Positions 35,032 to 47,979 of a DNA stretch of 64,000 nt are shown in pieces. The DNA comes from Octopus sinensis. Its lineage: Eukaryota. How positions within the stretch are numbered: the first letter of the stretch is position 1; every line of letters starts with the position of its first letter. The stretch covers positions 72,664,001 through 72,728,000 of the forward strand of contig NC_043000.1 in the NCBI RefSeq assembly GCF_006345805.1. Reading direction: 5' to 3'. The notes under the pieces were generated by a model. The model did no database searches, was not told the origin of the DNA, and worked only from the letters and a program-made list of their open reading frames with translations. Made by a program: the position numbers and the translations under genes.

Positions 35032-35405
35032 CGCATACCCATTTACATGCATACACACATATACGCGGTGCACTAAGCCACACATAACTATAGCTACACA
35101 TTTATTGATGGCTGTCCACTCGTGATCGACGAAGGTCATCACTGACCACTGTGCCCTCATACAAATTTACACTGTACACTTCTGGTTTCACTGATGACTA
35201 ATGACCCCAGTTCTTGGTAAACATAAACGTCCGCAGATATTGCAGACCAATCTATACTACACTGACGGTGTGTTTTCGAGCAGCTCGCTTAAATTCTGCA
35301 TGAAAATCTACTTTTTACTTTTTCGAAAATACCCACTTCTTTGTTTCCTCCATTGATTTCGATGAATAACATTACTTCTCCAGCAGACCACCCGATTCCC
35401 GCAAC

Positions 35406-35439
<34 letters not shown>

Positions 35440-35557
35440 ATTGGTAAAAACGGTAACATAGCAAAAGAAAGAAAGAGACCTCAATATTATGTAAATACAG
35501 GAATTTATCTGTAAATGTAATATGTACGTATGTATGTACATATATATGCATATGTGA

Positions 35558-35600
<43 letters not shown>

Positions 35601-35808
35601 TATACACACACGAGATTAATAGAGAGAGTAGGCATGACTTTGTAGCTAAGAAATTTACTTTGCAACTATGTTGTTCAGTTTTCGATTCCACCGTGTGGTA
35701 CGAATCTTGTGTACTATTGTGTTACAGTTTCGAGTTGACAAACAGGATGTCGATGAGAATTGATCGACGGAAAACTGTCTTGTGTGTGTATGTGTGCGTG
35801 TGTGTGTG

Positions 35809-35865
<57 letters not shown>

Positions 35866-38132
35866 CTTTATTTTTTAATCATATGTCACATCTGCAATAT
35901 AAATTAATTTTAATGTTTAGGCTCACAACATAAAGTTATATTTTAATTACCAGAAAAGTTAATAAACCCACTGACTGCATCTGATAAATATATTCTTTTA
36001 CTCTTTTATTAGTTTCCACAACAGTCATGCCAGAGAACAATTTTCAAGGATTTAGTTGAGTACTTTCAACCCCTATACTTTGTCTGATGCATTATATTAT
36101 GGACCTCGTGAAACGATTATTGAACGAGATAGTGAGATGTAATGAAGGACGTAAGGAGCCAGTTGTCACAAGGTACTTTTTAGGCACACAAGTCTTGGCA
36201 TCTCCCTCTAATATGCACCTAACGGCAGTTTACATGGTCTCTGTCAATCAATTTTTCATTCAGAAACTAGGCTATAGCAGAAACCTTTCCGCAAGGTGCA
36301 ACGAGATGAAATCAATGGTAGTTTTAGTAGCACAAGAAGTAGCAGTACTAACTGTTGTTATTTGTGTTGCGGAAACAGCAGCAGTACTACTTGTTCCCAC
36401 GCATTTTGGTAGAAGCAGCGTTATTGGATATTTATGTTCGTTCCATAGTAGCAGGAAGATTGTAATGCATGCTGGAATCAAATTATAAATAATCGATTAG
36501 GCTACCATTTTTTCGTAATGCATGCTTATCTGTTCTGCTGAGTTGGTTATATAATTAATTCTTAAATACTATCTAACCCTAGTTTTCACCATTACCTTAA
36601 CTATTTTTATATAGCAAGTATAATAAACGACACGACAATGCAAAAAAATAAATTAGCAATATCAACTTCCATAACATTTATGACTGCTTTAAACATCATA
36701 TACTGTAAATTATTTCTGAATACCAACACTGAATGTCTGAATTCAAGCAATTTCAAATATCAATTTGAAAAGTCAAATATCAATTTGAAAAATCCTAAAG
36801 AATCGACATTATCATTGCAGCAAAAGCAAAGTTAGTAGTGCTTTTAATCAACATAAACTGGACCCCTTAAATAATAGATTTGGGCTTTGAAGTAATAGAA
36901 TCTGAGTAAAAATTAAAATAACGCATGTAAACAGGTTATTATGAAGTTCTTTGACTGCACAATTGCAAGTTTTACTAATTGTTCTGTGAAACGATTACTC
37001 TGGCACTATCTAGTCTGCAGAGCACATACATACAAGAGAATATATTTGCCTATAGAAACAATACCTCGCTTACAGTGAGATACGAACTTGCGACTCAGTA
37101 AGCTTGGTGCCTTATGCATTCTGCTAATACTTCACAATCTTAGAATACTGAATTGGTTAAATCTTTCCCTTCATAAGCCTTTTAATTTCCAAAATACAAG
37201 CTCTCCCGCTACCCAGCAACATTCAACATCTTTGCTATCTTACTGCGTTAAAATACAAATTTTATCACTATTGATTTTAGCTGCACCGCAATTCAGTCTT
37301 ATTTCGCAAGCCTAAGAGAAATCAATTGATTAGGAATCAATACCTCTTGCGACCTCCAACGACTGAATATAATCTTAGGTCGTTTCTCTGGGTCGATGTA
37401 ACTACTAAAATTAACTTCTTTAAAAGCTACTTCGTTGATAGGTGATGCCGCTGCAAAGTTTTGTCAGTAGAGGATAAATTATTAATGTAAAGGGGATGTA
37501 TTTGGATATACTTGATCTTGTACTGTGAATGCCGTAAGAATTATTAAGAATTATTATCTGGTAGAGAAGTGAGAAGTAAAAACTATAGAACTATACCGAA
37601 AAAAAAATAATGTACTTTGTCTGAGTGCTGGCTCTCTGATTGCATGCAAATAAACTATGTTCGACCTTCATATGTAACTGAATACAATTTCAGTTCTACT
37701 TAACAAAAGTTATTGAGCTACTTAAGAAAAATTACTTCTCAGAATAAGAATAATTTCTGTGTTTCATTTGTTAATACTAGACACGATGTAGTAACCGCGC
37801 AAGGCCAGAAAAATCGTGGGCATTGACCGGGCTCATAAAATTTAACCACTTCGCAAAATTTGATCTTAATGGGAGCCCGAACATACCTCTTTCATACTGG
37901 GTTCGTGGTTCTACTTTTGCAGGAAGAAATCACGTTTTTCTCGAAGTATTTCTTTAGTAGACCTCTCTAATATGTCTTTGTAATGTGGTTATTCAGCAGC
38001 AGTTGTTGTTAAACAGAAATATGCGAATAAGTTGAGTATATATCTTACTTTAGTTTGAAGTTTGTTCCCTCTGTCTATATTTTGGATAATATTAGGTCGT
38101 CAGGTATGAAATTTGTAGAAAAGGAAAAAAAT

Positions 38133-38512
38133 ACAGTTCTATATTTAAGAGATGAGGAATTATGTACGTTATTTACATTTGACGGATATTTGTACTCATC
38201 TTGCTTGTTAACACAACGTTTCGGTTAATATACCCTCCAGCCTTCATCAGATTCCCACGGGCATATGGTGTAGTGGTTAAGAGCGCGGGCTACTAACCCC
38301 AAGATTCCGAGTTCGATTCCAGGCAGTGATCTGAATAATAATAATAATAATAATAAATAATAACAACAACAACAACAACATCGAAAAATACTTTAGGAAT
38401 GAGAACCCAGGTTCGAAATTTCCCCAAGATACCTGATGAAGGCTGGAGGGTATATCAGCCGAAATGTTGTGTTAACAAATAAGATGAGGACAAATATCCG
38501 TCAAATGTAAAT
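38133..38512 (+). mobile_element. tRNA-headed SINE-like insertion with hammerhead and inverted terminal copy, nested in the mariner
   Basis: tRNA-like head 38259-38330; hammerhead 38428-38473; inverted repeat 38169-38250 / 38433-38514; apparent TSD aaggaaaaaaa(a)t. Confidence 0.8.
38428..38473 (+). ncRNA. Minimal type I hammerhead (loop-less stem III, Penelope type)
   Basis: gatac CTGATGA a-ggctg-gagggtatat-cagcc GAAA tg TT gtgtt; the inverted copy has gaaacgtt (palindromic AACGTT). Confidence 0.7.
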
Positions 38513-40499
38513 AAGGAAAAAAAATGTTTGCGAATGTTTTATAAATACAAGGAATAGTTTTTTTCATCAAAGTATGCATCCATATTGTCAATACAATTTT
38601 GCCATTTCAGCGGTAGCTTGTCCAGCCCGGAAATATAAAAGCCTGGCAATCTAGAATCAATAAAATCTTGGAAGGCCTGTTTTACAGCATCATCGGAATT
38701 AAATTGTTTTCCTATCAAAATGGTAACCAAATTCTGGAAGAAGTGGTAGTCAGTAGGGGCAAGATCAGGTGAGTATAGTGGATGATGGAGAACTTCCAAC
38801 TTCAACGCCTGTAGTTTCACCAATGTCATTTTTGCGATGTGTAGTCTGGCGTTGTTTGCAGTAAAATAGGAGTGGATCTGTTGACTAATCTAGGCTGGGT
38901 TTTTTTGTTTGTTTTGTTTTTTTTTTTGTAAATTTCTGCATCATTTGGTCCAGTTGGCCGTTATTGATGAGCAGGTTTAATGAAATCATAATGGATCACA
39001 CATGCGCCAGACCACCAAACACACACCATCAGCTTCTTTTGATGAATTTTGCTTTTTGGACTGTGTTTTGGTGGCTCGTCTTTGTCCAACCATTGTGCTG
39101 AATGTGTAAGGTTGTTGTATTGGATCCATTTCTCATCACTGTTATAATTCGATTTCAAAATTATCCATCTTTGTGACGAGAAAGTAGCAAAATGCAGGCT
39201 TCCAAACATTGCAGTTTCTGATTTTCATTGAGTTCATGTGGAACCCACTTATCCAACTTTTTCACTTAACCGATTTGAAATCGGTGAGTCAATATTGTTT
39301 CCTTGCTAACACCAAACAACAATAATAATTCACGGACACTTTGAGAGGGATCTGACTCGACGGTGGCTTTCAGTTCGTCATTATCCACCTTTGTTTCTGG
39401 TTGACCGCGTTGCTCATTTGTGAGGTCAAAGTTACCAGAATAAAATTTTGCAAACCAATTTGATACTATCTGCTGTGTAATAACATTGGAATGAAATATT
39501 CTATTAATATTCCGAGCTATCTGTAATGTTGTATTTCCAAGAAAGAACTCATATTTCAAAATTGTACGAATTTCCGGCTTATCCATCTCTAAACAAAAAC
39601 AGTAAAAAACGATTTATAAATATTTTATAAAGCGCAAAATGAGTTAGAATAAAGAAATAGATGTGTCAACTTTCTAACAAAAACTAAAGATTATCAAAAT
39701 ATAATAATGACGCAGCATGAGCAGCTGTCAAAGTTTACCATATGCCTTACTACAAATTTCATACTTGACGACCTAATATCTATTAGGTTTCTCCACATTT
39801 TTGTATTCGACATTTTCTATATATACCGAATAAAAATCAGTCAATTTTCTATTGACCAGTGAACACTTTACCGTCATTTAGTCTGATTAGTGCTAATGTA
39901 AGCACACTCATTTCACTGTCATCTTACTGGAGTTACTCTGTAATCTCGTATCTCAATCTTATATCCTTGCTATTAATGAGTGCGCATTTTCTGTCTACTG
40001 TTCTGTTGCTTTATTGATTGGTTACCTCACTACTGTTCACCAGTTGTAAACAAAATGGTTGCCATCTCCCTTGTTTCTTTACAAGTTATGCTTGTTTTAT
40101 TTTATCGTCCCAATTTACGTCTCCCATTGGTTCTTATATTTTACTTCAATGTTCTACCACAAGGATACAAGGCAAGGGAGGTGGTTGATTCTAGAAAGGC
40201 TTAATTTTTCGTGCAAAAGATCGAACGGTTGCAGAGATGCGGTTCAAATGTTGCACGTGATTCCTATTACGTAGTGTTTTTTTCAGGATAAGCTTTTTGC
40301 ATTCTCAAAAGATTGAAGAGTTATCTATGCAATACTATAGCTTGATTATATCATTCATTGGCTTCATCATCTTTTATGCTCAGTTGTTTATTCGTGCACA
40401 ATCCTTAATTATTGTTATTTGGTATTTCTTTTGCTTACTCTCTTTGTACGCAAGTCTTGTCTGTTTGGTTAGTGCATTAAATATACAGAGATTAACCAA

Positions 40500-41500
40500 A
40501 GCCTGAGTCTTTGGTTCTTACTATCTGTCAGAGATCGTTTTCTGGACAAACCAAAAACGGCAGTTGAGCATGTATTTGCTAATAAGGTCTTTTTCGATCA
40601 GTTACATGCATACGAATGCTTTGGTATCCAGATAAGTCCCAATTCTATATCAGAGATGCTTATTTATGGAAGGGCTTCGAAAAACTTTGGAAAGTAATGT
40701 TTGGGCTGCCTATGGCCAGCGAAGCAAATTCATGAAAAGAGATACTGGCTCTCAATGTTGGTCTATGTTTAACGATTAACGACACTACATTTCTTAAAAG
40801 GAACATGGTGGACAAAGATATGGCAATGTAAGAGAAATACTGGACTTGATATCAGCATTTGACCCTGTCGTCTGCAAGTGGTTAATGAAGTAGGATTTAA
40901 ATGTAAAGTATTTACAACATGATACTCAGAATGAGCATTTTTCTATCTGGGCATTATTAATCAAAACGAAATAACTTAAGAGGTGTCTAAATCAACCGTG
41001 AAGAATTTATTGACTATCGAGCATATTGACTATTTGGCATTGAATCACAGTTATACTGACTGTGCCGAACTCTGTTTTTGTTGACATTCAGACATGTGTC
41101 ATACAATGCTGCACTGGTACCTCGATGAACGGAAAATCACTGATGTCCAAGCGAAGATACATGTTTCATTTGAAGTCCACGCCCACCGATTCAAAAAGGC
41201 TACAGAATTTTTTTTTTTTTTTTGCACTAGAAGCAACATTACTTGTACATGGCTCAGTCCACTGTGCATCAGTAGTTCAAAAAATTACAAGAAGAAAAAG
41301 CGACAATCAATGGAACTGAAAGGTATATCCAATACATGCTGGAATTGTCTCTACGCATCATGATATGCAGTGTATTGCACATTTCTATTTCTTTTAAACA
41401 TTATTTATTGCATTTTTATGAGAATACCACATCATCAGGGAGACTAACTGGAAACCAAATACTTCTAAACTTTTGTCTGTAAGTGTCTGTGTTCTCTTTC
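40500..41500 (+). pseudogene. Degraded hAT transposase remnant
   Basis: GNVREILDLISAFDPVV..KYLQHDTQNE, DVQAKI and ELKGISNTCW (LK..TRW-like) motifs across frames. Confidence 0.65.
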
Positions 41501-41514
41501 AATAAGTTCTTCTT

Positions 41515-41614
41515 NNNNNNNNNNNNNNNNNNNNNNNNNNNNNNNNNNNNNNNNNNNNNNNNNNNNNNNNNNNNNNNNNNNNNNNNNNNNNNNNNNNNNN
41601 NNNNNNNNNNNNNN
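41515..41614. other. Assembly gap (100 N)
   Basis: Run of N. Confidence 1.
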
Positions 41615-42850
41615 TGCCACCGGCACTGGTACCACAAAGATACAAATTCCATTGATGTTCATCTATTTTGATTTTTTGATTTTCACTTGCCTCAACAGGT
41701 CTTCACAAGTGTCACACACTTGCCTCAACAGGTCTTCACAAGTGTCATAAGAAGGAAGGTATGCACAGGTGGACTGAATACGTCCCAGGTAGGGGCTACG
41801 GGTTATGGCCTGACTAGTCTTGCCGGGTCTTCGGATGGTGTTTTTATGTGCCAATGACACAAGTGCCAGATGAGGCTGGCGAACGGCCACGATCGGATGG
41901 TGTTTGTTACGTGCCCACAGCACGGAGGCTAGTCGATGCGGTACTGGCTACGGCCACGTTCGGATGGTTTACTTGTGTGCCACCGGCACTGGTACCACAG
42001 AGATACAAATTCCATTGATGTTCATCTATTTTGATTTGTTTTGATTTTGATTTTTTGATTTGTTGATTTTCACTTGCCTCAACAGGTCTTCACAAGTGTC
42101 ACAAGAAGGAAGGTATGCACAGGTGGACTGACTACGTCCCAGGTAGGGGCCACGGGTTATGGCCTGACTAGTCTTGCCGGGTCTTCGGATGGTGTTATGT
42201 GCCACCGACACAGGTGCAAGATGAGGCTGGCGAACGGCCACGATCGGATGGTGTTTGTTACGTGCCCACAGCACGGAAGCCAATCGATGCGGTACTGGCT
42301 ACGGCCACGTTCGGATGGTTTTCTTGTGTGCCACCGGCACTGGTACCACAAAGATACAAATTCTATTGATGTTCATCTATTTTGATTTGTTTTGATTTTT
42401 ACTTGCCTCAACAGGTCTTCACAAGTGTCACAAGAAGGAAGGTATGCTCAGGTGGACTGACTACGTCCCAGGTAGGGGTCAAGGGTTATGGCCTGACTAG
42501 TCTTGCCGGGTCTTCGGATGGTGTTTTTATGTGCCACCGACACAGGTGCCAGATGAGGCTGGCGAACGGCCACGATCGGATGGTGTTTGTTATGTGCCCA
42601 CAGCACAGAGGCCAGTCGATGCGGTACTGGCTACGGCCACGTTCGGATGGTTTTCTTGTGTGCCTCCGGCACTGGTACCACAAAGATACAAATTCCATTG
42701 ATGTTCATCTATTTTGATTTGTTTTGATTTGATTTTCACTTGCCTCAACAGGTCTTCATAAGTGTCACAAGAAGGAAGGTATGCACAGGTGGACTGACTA
42801 CGTCCCAGGTAGGGGCCACGGGTTTGGCCTGACTAGTCTTGCGGGTCTTC
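41615..42850 (-). repeat. Tandem array of about 330-360 bp units derived from the RTE 3' end
   Basis: Unit starts at 41615, 41978, 42329 and 42661; the last unit merges into the RTE ORF end at gactagtcttgc. Confidence 0.9.
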
Positions 42851-45732
42851 TCACGCACAGCATACTTCCATAGGTCTTGGTCTCTAGTCATTTCCTTAGT
42901 GAGACCTAAAGTTCGAAGGTCGTGCTTCACCACCTCGTCCCAGGTTTTCCTGGGTCTACCTCTTCTACAGGTTCCCTCACTGCTAGGTGTAGCACTTTTG
43001 CACACAACTATCTTCAGCCATTCTCGTCACATGACCATACCAGCGGCAGCCATCTCTCTTGCACACCACAACTGACGCTTCTTAGTTCAACTTTTCTCTC
43101 AAGGTACTTACACTATGACGATTATGAACACTGACATTACACATCCATCGGAGCATACTGGCTTCATTTCTTGCGAGCTTACGCATATCCTCAGCAGTCA
43201 CGGGCCATGTTTCACTACCATGTAGCATGGCTGTACGTACACATGCATCATACAGTCTGCCTTTTACTCTGAGCGAGAGGCCTTTTGTCACCAGCAGGGG
43301 TAAGAGCTCTCTAAACTTTGCCCAGGCTATTCTTACTCTAGCAGTTACACTTTCAGCACACCCACCCCCACTACTGACTTGGTCTCCTAGGTAGTGGAAG
43401 CTATCAACTACTTCTAGTTTGTCTCCCTGGAACATGGTAGAAGTTGGTCTCTGCACATTTCCAGTGTTTATTGCTCCTGAGCATCTGCCACAGACAAAAA
43501 CTATTTTCCTATTTAGCCTTCCTTTGACATTGCTGCACCTCTTATGTGTCCATAGCTTACACTTGGTGCACCTCATAGAGTTTCTACCTACACCTTTTTT
43601 ACAGATCGAGCAGGGCCATCTACCTGAAGTCGTTTGTGATTGGTCTACCTTCCTACTTATTAGGACTTTGGTTTTGGCTAGGTTGATTCTAAGGCCCTTC
43701 GATTCTAATCCTTGTTTCCACACCTGAAACTCCTCCTCCAGTTCTGATAGTGACTCAGCAATTAGAGCAAGGTCATCAGCATAGAGGAGCTCCCAGGGGC
43801 ATCCTGTCTTGAATTCCTCCGTTATTGCCTGGAGGACTATGATAAATAGGAGGGGACTGAGGACTGAACCTTGGTGGACCCCTACCTCTACCCGGAATTC
43901 TTCACTGTACTCGTTGCCAACCCTCACCTTACTAGCAGCGTCTCTGTACATGGCTTGCACAGCTCTCACCAACCATTCATCTATTCCTAGTTTCCTCATT
44001 GACCACCAGATAAGGGATCGGGGGACCCTGTCAAAGGCTTTCTCCAAGTCAACAAAAGCCAGGTACAAGGGCTTATCTTTGGCTAGGTATTTCTCCTGCA
44101 GCTGTCTTACCAGGAATATAGCATCAGTAGTACTTTTCCCTGGCACAAATCCAAACTGCATATCATCTAAGCTAACTCCCTCTCTAATTAATTGGGCTAT
44201 AACCCTCTCCGTAACCTTCATTACCTGATCCAGCAGCTTGATGCCCCTGTAGTTATTTGTATCTAGGGCGTCGCCTTTACCTTTGTAGCAGTTGACTATT
44301 ATGCTGCTACACCAGTCATTGGGTATGACTCCTTCGTGTATCACCTGGTTAACTATACGGGTGACTAAGCTATAGCCGACACTACCAGATATTTTGAGCA
44401 TCTCTGCAGTAATTCCTGATGGGCCTGGGGCTTTCCCTGTTTTCATGCTTCTAATTGCCTTATCTACTAAGGAACTGTTAACTTGGATTGCTGGTCCCTC
44501 TGTTGGGTCGATATTCGGCAGACTCTCTTCATCCCATTCATTTTCCTCATTCAGCAACCTTTCATAGTGGCGTCTCCAAGCCTCTCTCTTTGCATCCTCA
44601 TTTAGCGCAAGTGAGCCGTCATCCTTGCGAACACATTCCTCTCCTACCACGTCACGATTCTCTCTCACACACTGTCTTGCAACACGAAATACCTCAAGTC
44701 TTTCATCCTCACGGCGCAGGACATTTGCAAATTTTTCGTTATCTGCCTCTCCTCTGGCTAGATAGACCTGTCTCCTAGCTTCCCTTCTGGCAGTCTGATA
44801 CACTTCCCTGCTACCACGTTCTTCCAGGCCTTCCAAGCCTGTTCTTTTGTCTAATAGCCCTGTCAACAATATTGTTCCACCACCACGTTATTTTGGGTCT
44901 TAAGGGGACTTTGCACCAGCCACAGATCTTGTCAGCGGCTTTCAGCAGGTTGTCCCTCAGAAGCGCAGTTGTCTTCTACCCCATGCGTAGCTATACTCCT
45001 TCCATTTCGTCTAAAGCTTCAAATAACATATCTCTAAATCTCTGTCCATTCGCAGGGTCTTTAAGCTTCCAGACCTTCTTCTCCATGTTGGTCGTCTTCT
45101 AGTCGCCCTTTAGTCCTGATCCTAAAGTCACTAACTACCAGTCTATGTTGTGGGGTGCATTCTTCCTGGGAAGGTTTTGGCATTTATAAGCAGCCATCTT
45201 TCCCTTTTTCTGGCAAGGATGTAGTCGATTTGGCTAGTATGCCGGCCCGATCGGTAGGTGACCAGGTGGCTTGTCGGTTTCCTGAAGTTAGTGTTGCAAA
45301 CCATAAGACTATTCGCATCGCAGAACTCCAGCAGCCTGGTTCCCCCTCGTTGCAGGAACCATAACCGTAGCCTCCATGCATGCCATGGAAGCCCCCAGCA
45401 CGTCGTCCAACATGCCCATTGAAGTCACCGCCACAAAGAGAAGGTCCCTGTCGTTCGTCAATGATGTGGTCTGCAGTAGGGTGTCAAGAAACAGTCTTTC
45501 TGTCCATCAGGTAGCCCTGGCTGAGGGGCATAGGCCGATATAATAGTTGCTAAACTATGATGGAGCACTAATCTAATCTTAATTATTCTGTCACATACTC
45601 TGACTACCTCGATTACCTTATCTACCCATATTTCGGCGATAAGCATACCCACACCCCCGACTCCGTCAGTATTCCCAGCCCAGAAAATCTTGTACCTCTG
45701 TCCTTTGCCTGTGAGGAACCTAGTAGAACCTC
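42745..45732 (-). mobile_element. RTE-clade LINE (APE, RT, with a Cys/His-rich insert after the YADD motif)
   Basis: 595-aa ORF 43082-44869 with NYRGIKLL, QFGF, DLEKAFD, HQGSVLSP, YADD, WPCSIC..C..C..H..C; GRPRKTW C-terminus; APE fragments (AYAPQ, GDFNGHVG). Confidence 0.93.
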
Positions 45733-45734
45733 CT

Positions 45735-46365
45735 ATGTATATATATATATATATATATAATATATGTACATATGTATATATTATATATATATATATATAC
45801 ATATGTATATATAGATATATATGTTCATATATATGTATAGATATATATGTACATATATATGTATAGATGTATATGTACATATATATGTATAGATATATAT
45901 GTACATATATATGTATAGATATATATGTACATATATATGTATAGATATATATGTACATATATATGTACATATACATGTACATATATATGTATAGATGTAT
46001 ATGTACATATATATGTATAGATGTATATGTACATATATATGTATAGATGTATATGTACATATATATGTATAGATGTATATGTACATATATATGTATAGAT
46101 GTATATGTACATATATATGTATAGATATATATGTACATATATATGTATAGATATATATGTACATATATATGTATAGATATATATGTACATATATATGTAT
46201 AGATATATATGTACATATATATGTATAGATATATATGTACATATATATGTATAGATATATATGTACATATATATGTATAGATATATATGTACATATTTAT
46301 GTATAGATATATATGTACATATTTATGTATAGATATATATGTACATATATATGTATATATATATA
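45735..46365. repeat. 26-bp TA-derived minisatellite
   Basis: Unit atatatatgtacatatatatgtatag repeated about 20 times. Confidence 0.9.
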
Positions 46366-46461
46366 CCAGAGTAAACACATAAATGTAAAACAAGATGGAA
46401 AAAAGACTTCTCAAATACCAGTAGTAGAGTAATATGCTTTATTTAAAAGCAGCAGAAATTC

Positions 46462-46514
46462 AACAAAACCTGTTACTCGGAGTTTCACGTTCCCGTTCGT
46501 CGGACAGTTTTGTT
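46462..46514 (-). ncRNA. Type I hammerhead motif with variant core CCGACGA
   Basis: Minus: aacaaaactgt CCGACGA acg-ggaa-cgt GAAA ctc-c-gag TA acaggttttgtt. Confidence 0.65.
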
Positions 46515-47522
46515 AAAATAGAACCGATATGACAATTCTATCAAGACTAGTATAAACGTTACACCTTTAAAAATGGACTTGTTTGATTGGTCCTTTCAAA
46601 TAACGGTCATATGCGAGCGATAAACAAAAATTAGTTCAATATAAAATATAAAATTATAAAAGTCGGGGAAAAACCTTAAATCAAATCTTTGTTTAAAATA
46701 CATATTGTCATTAATAAAGAAAATATAATTAATACATAGAAATTGAAATTAAAATATTAAAATATTAAATATTTCACAACAGTACATACTCATACTAAAC
46801 TATTAATATACATATATACATCAACATACACAGATAGATGTGCGCAGACCACATACATATACAGACATATAAATGCAAACCGAAAATATACACACAAATG
46901 CATGTACACATATGTATACGCAATCTAGCTGGCATGCAAAAATCACGTTTATCCATATAGACTATAAGCAAAATTCATGGATGGGGAAGGGGCGCTCTTA
47001 TTTGCAACAGAAAGCTAAAGATGTAAGTAAGGGATGGGGAAGGGGGGTACGTAAAGTTAGAGGGCTCTATACAAGTAACGAATAGGGAGAGAAAAAAAAA
47101 CGAAAGAAAGGAAGAGAGAGAAAAAAGAAAAAGAGAAAAGGAAAAAAGAAAAGGAAAGAAGAAAAAATAAAAAATAATAACATTCTGACTATACGCGACA
47201 AATGTTTGTATACAAATTATGTAAGCAGTAAATACACATATACGGACACATATATAGAGACAAGTACGCAAACACACAAGTCCAAGTGGATACATACATA
47301 CACATACATGTATGTATGTGCTTAAGTACAAACATACGCTCACTTACATATATACATAGACGTATGCTTACAAATACATATTCATGCCAATACACATATT
47401 CACATAAAAATGCCTAGGATCTGACAACATTATTTTTTAAAATTGCTGAGTGCATAATAATAAAAATTTAGACGAAAGACATGTAAAATATAACACCCTA
47501 TATTGGATTATCTATAAATTAA

Positions 47523-47742
47523 CCCTTTAGTATTCGTATTATTCTGCCAAAATTAATGCTTTTTTATCCACATTGTTTTGAACTAATCATGCATTATCTT
47601 GTAGCTATGAGATTTTGATGAGGTACTGTTAATTTTTAAAATGATATTGTAGGGCTGGTGTGAGAGACTAGATATGGCCAGTTTGAACATAAAACAGGCA
47701 GAATAGTTCTGGCCGGGTATGGCCGGTTTAAATGCTAAAGGG
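47523..47742. mobile_element. piggyBac-type MITE (220 bp)
   Basis: TTAA on both sides; TIRs ccctttagtatt / aatgctaaaggg. Confidence 0.9.
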
Positions 47743-47979
47743 TTAAATTACCATAGTGAGCCTATACAATATAATAAAATGAAATAAACTAAGTCGAAGG
47801 TTTTTCCTAAGGAATATGTCGAAATATAAACAAAATATATGCAGAAGACTTTGCTATGCGGAATGAAACCTGCATAGCGCGAAACAAATCCATCGGTATG
47901 ATTAAAGACTAGTCCAAGAATCAAAAATACTAAATATACGCTATCCATATGGAATATTTATGTTCAACATTTTGAATTT

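Larger units (their letters stand above)
38092..39776 (-). mobile_element. Mariner (DD34D) transposon, both TIRs present, disrupted transposase
   Basis: TIRs ttaggtcgtcaggtatgaaatttgtag / ctacaaatttcatacttgacgacctaa; TA TSDs; WVPHEL, DEKWI and YSPDLAPTDY motifs. Confidence 0.95.

Noticed and set aside
37788-37915. Imperfect inverted repeats suggesting a MITE
   Set aside because: Too degenerate and no clear TSD
38259-38330. Bona fide tRNA gene (ACT in the anticodon-like loop)
   Set aside because: Acceptor and T stems pair poorly and it is embedded in a repeat; better explained as a SINE head
41615-42850. CRISPR-like array, or hammerhead in the units (CAGATGAGGCTG..CGGCC)
   Set aside because: Units are whole tandem copies without unique spacers in a eukaryotic context; the core is altered and no GAAA follows stem II
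47838-47900. Hammerhead-like CAGAAGA-stem-GAAAC
   Set aside because: Core mutated; stems I and III not convincing
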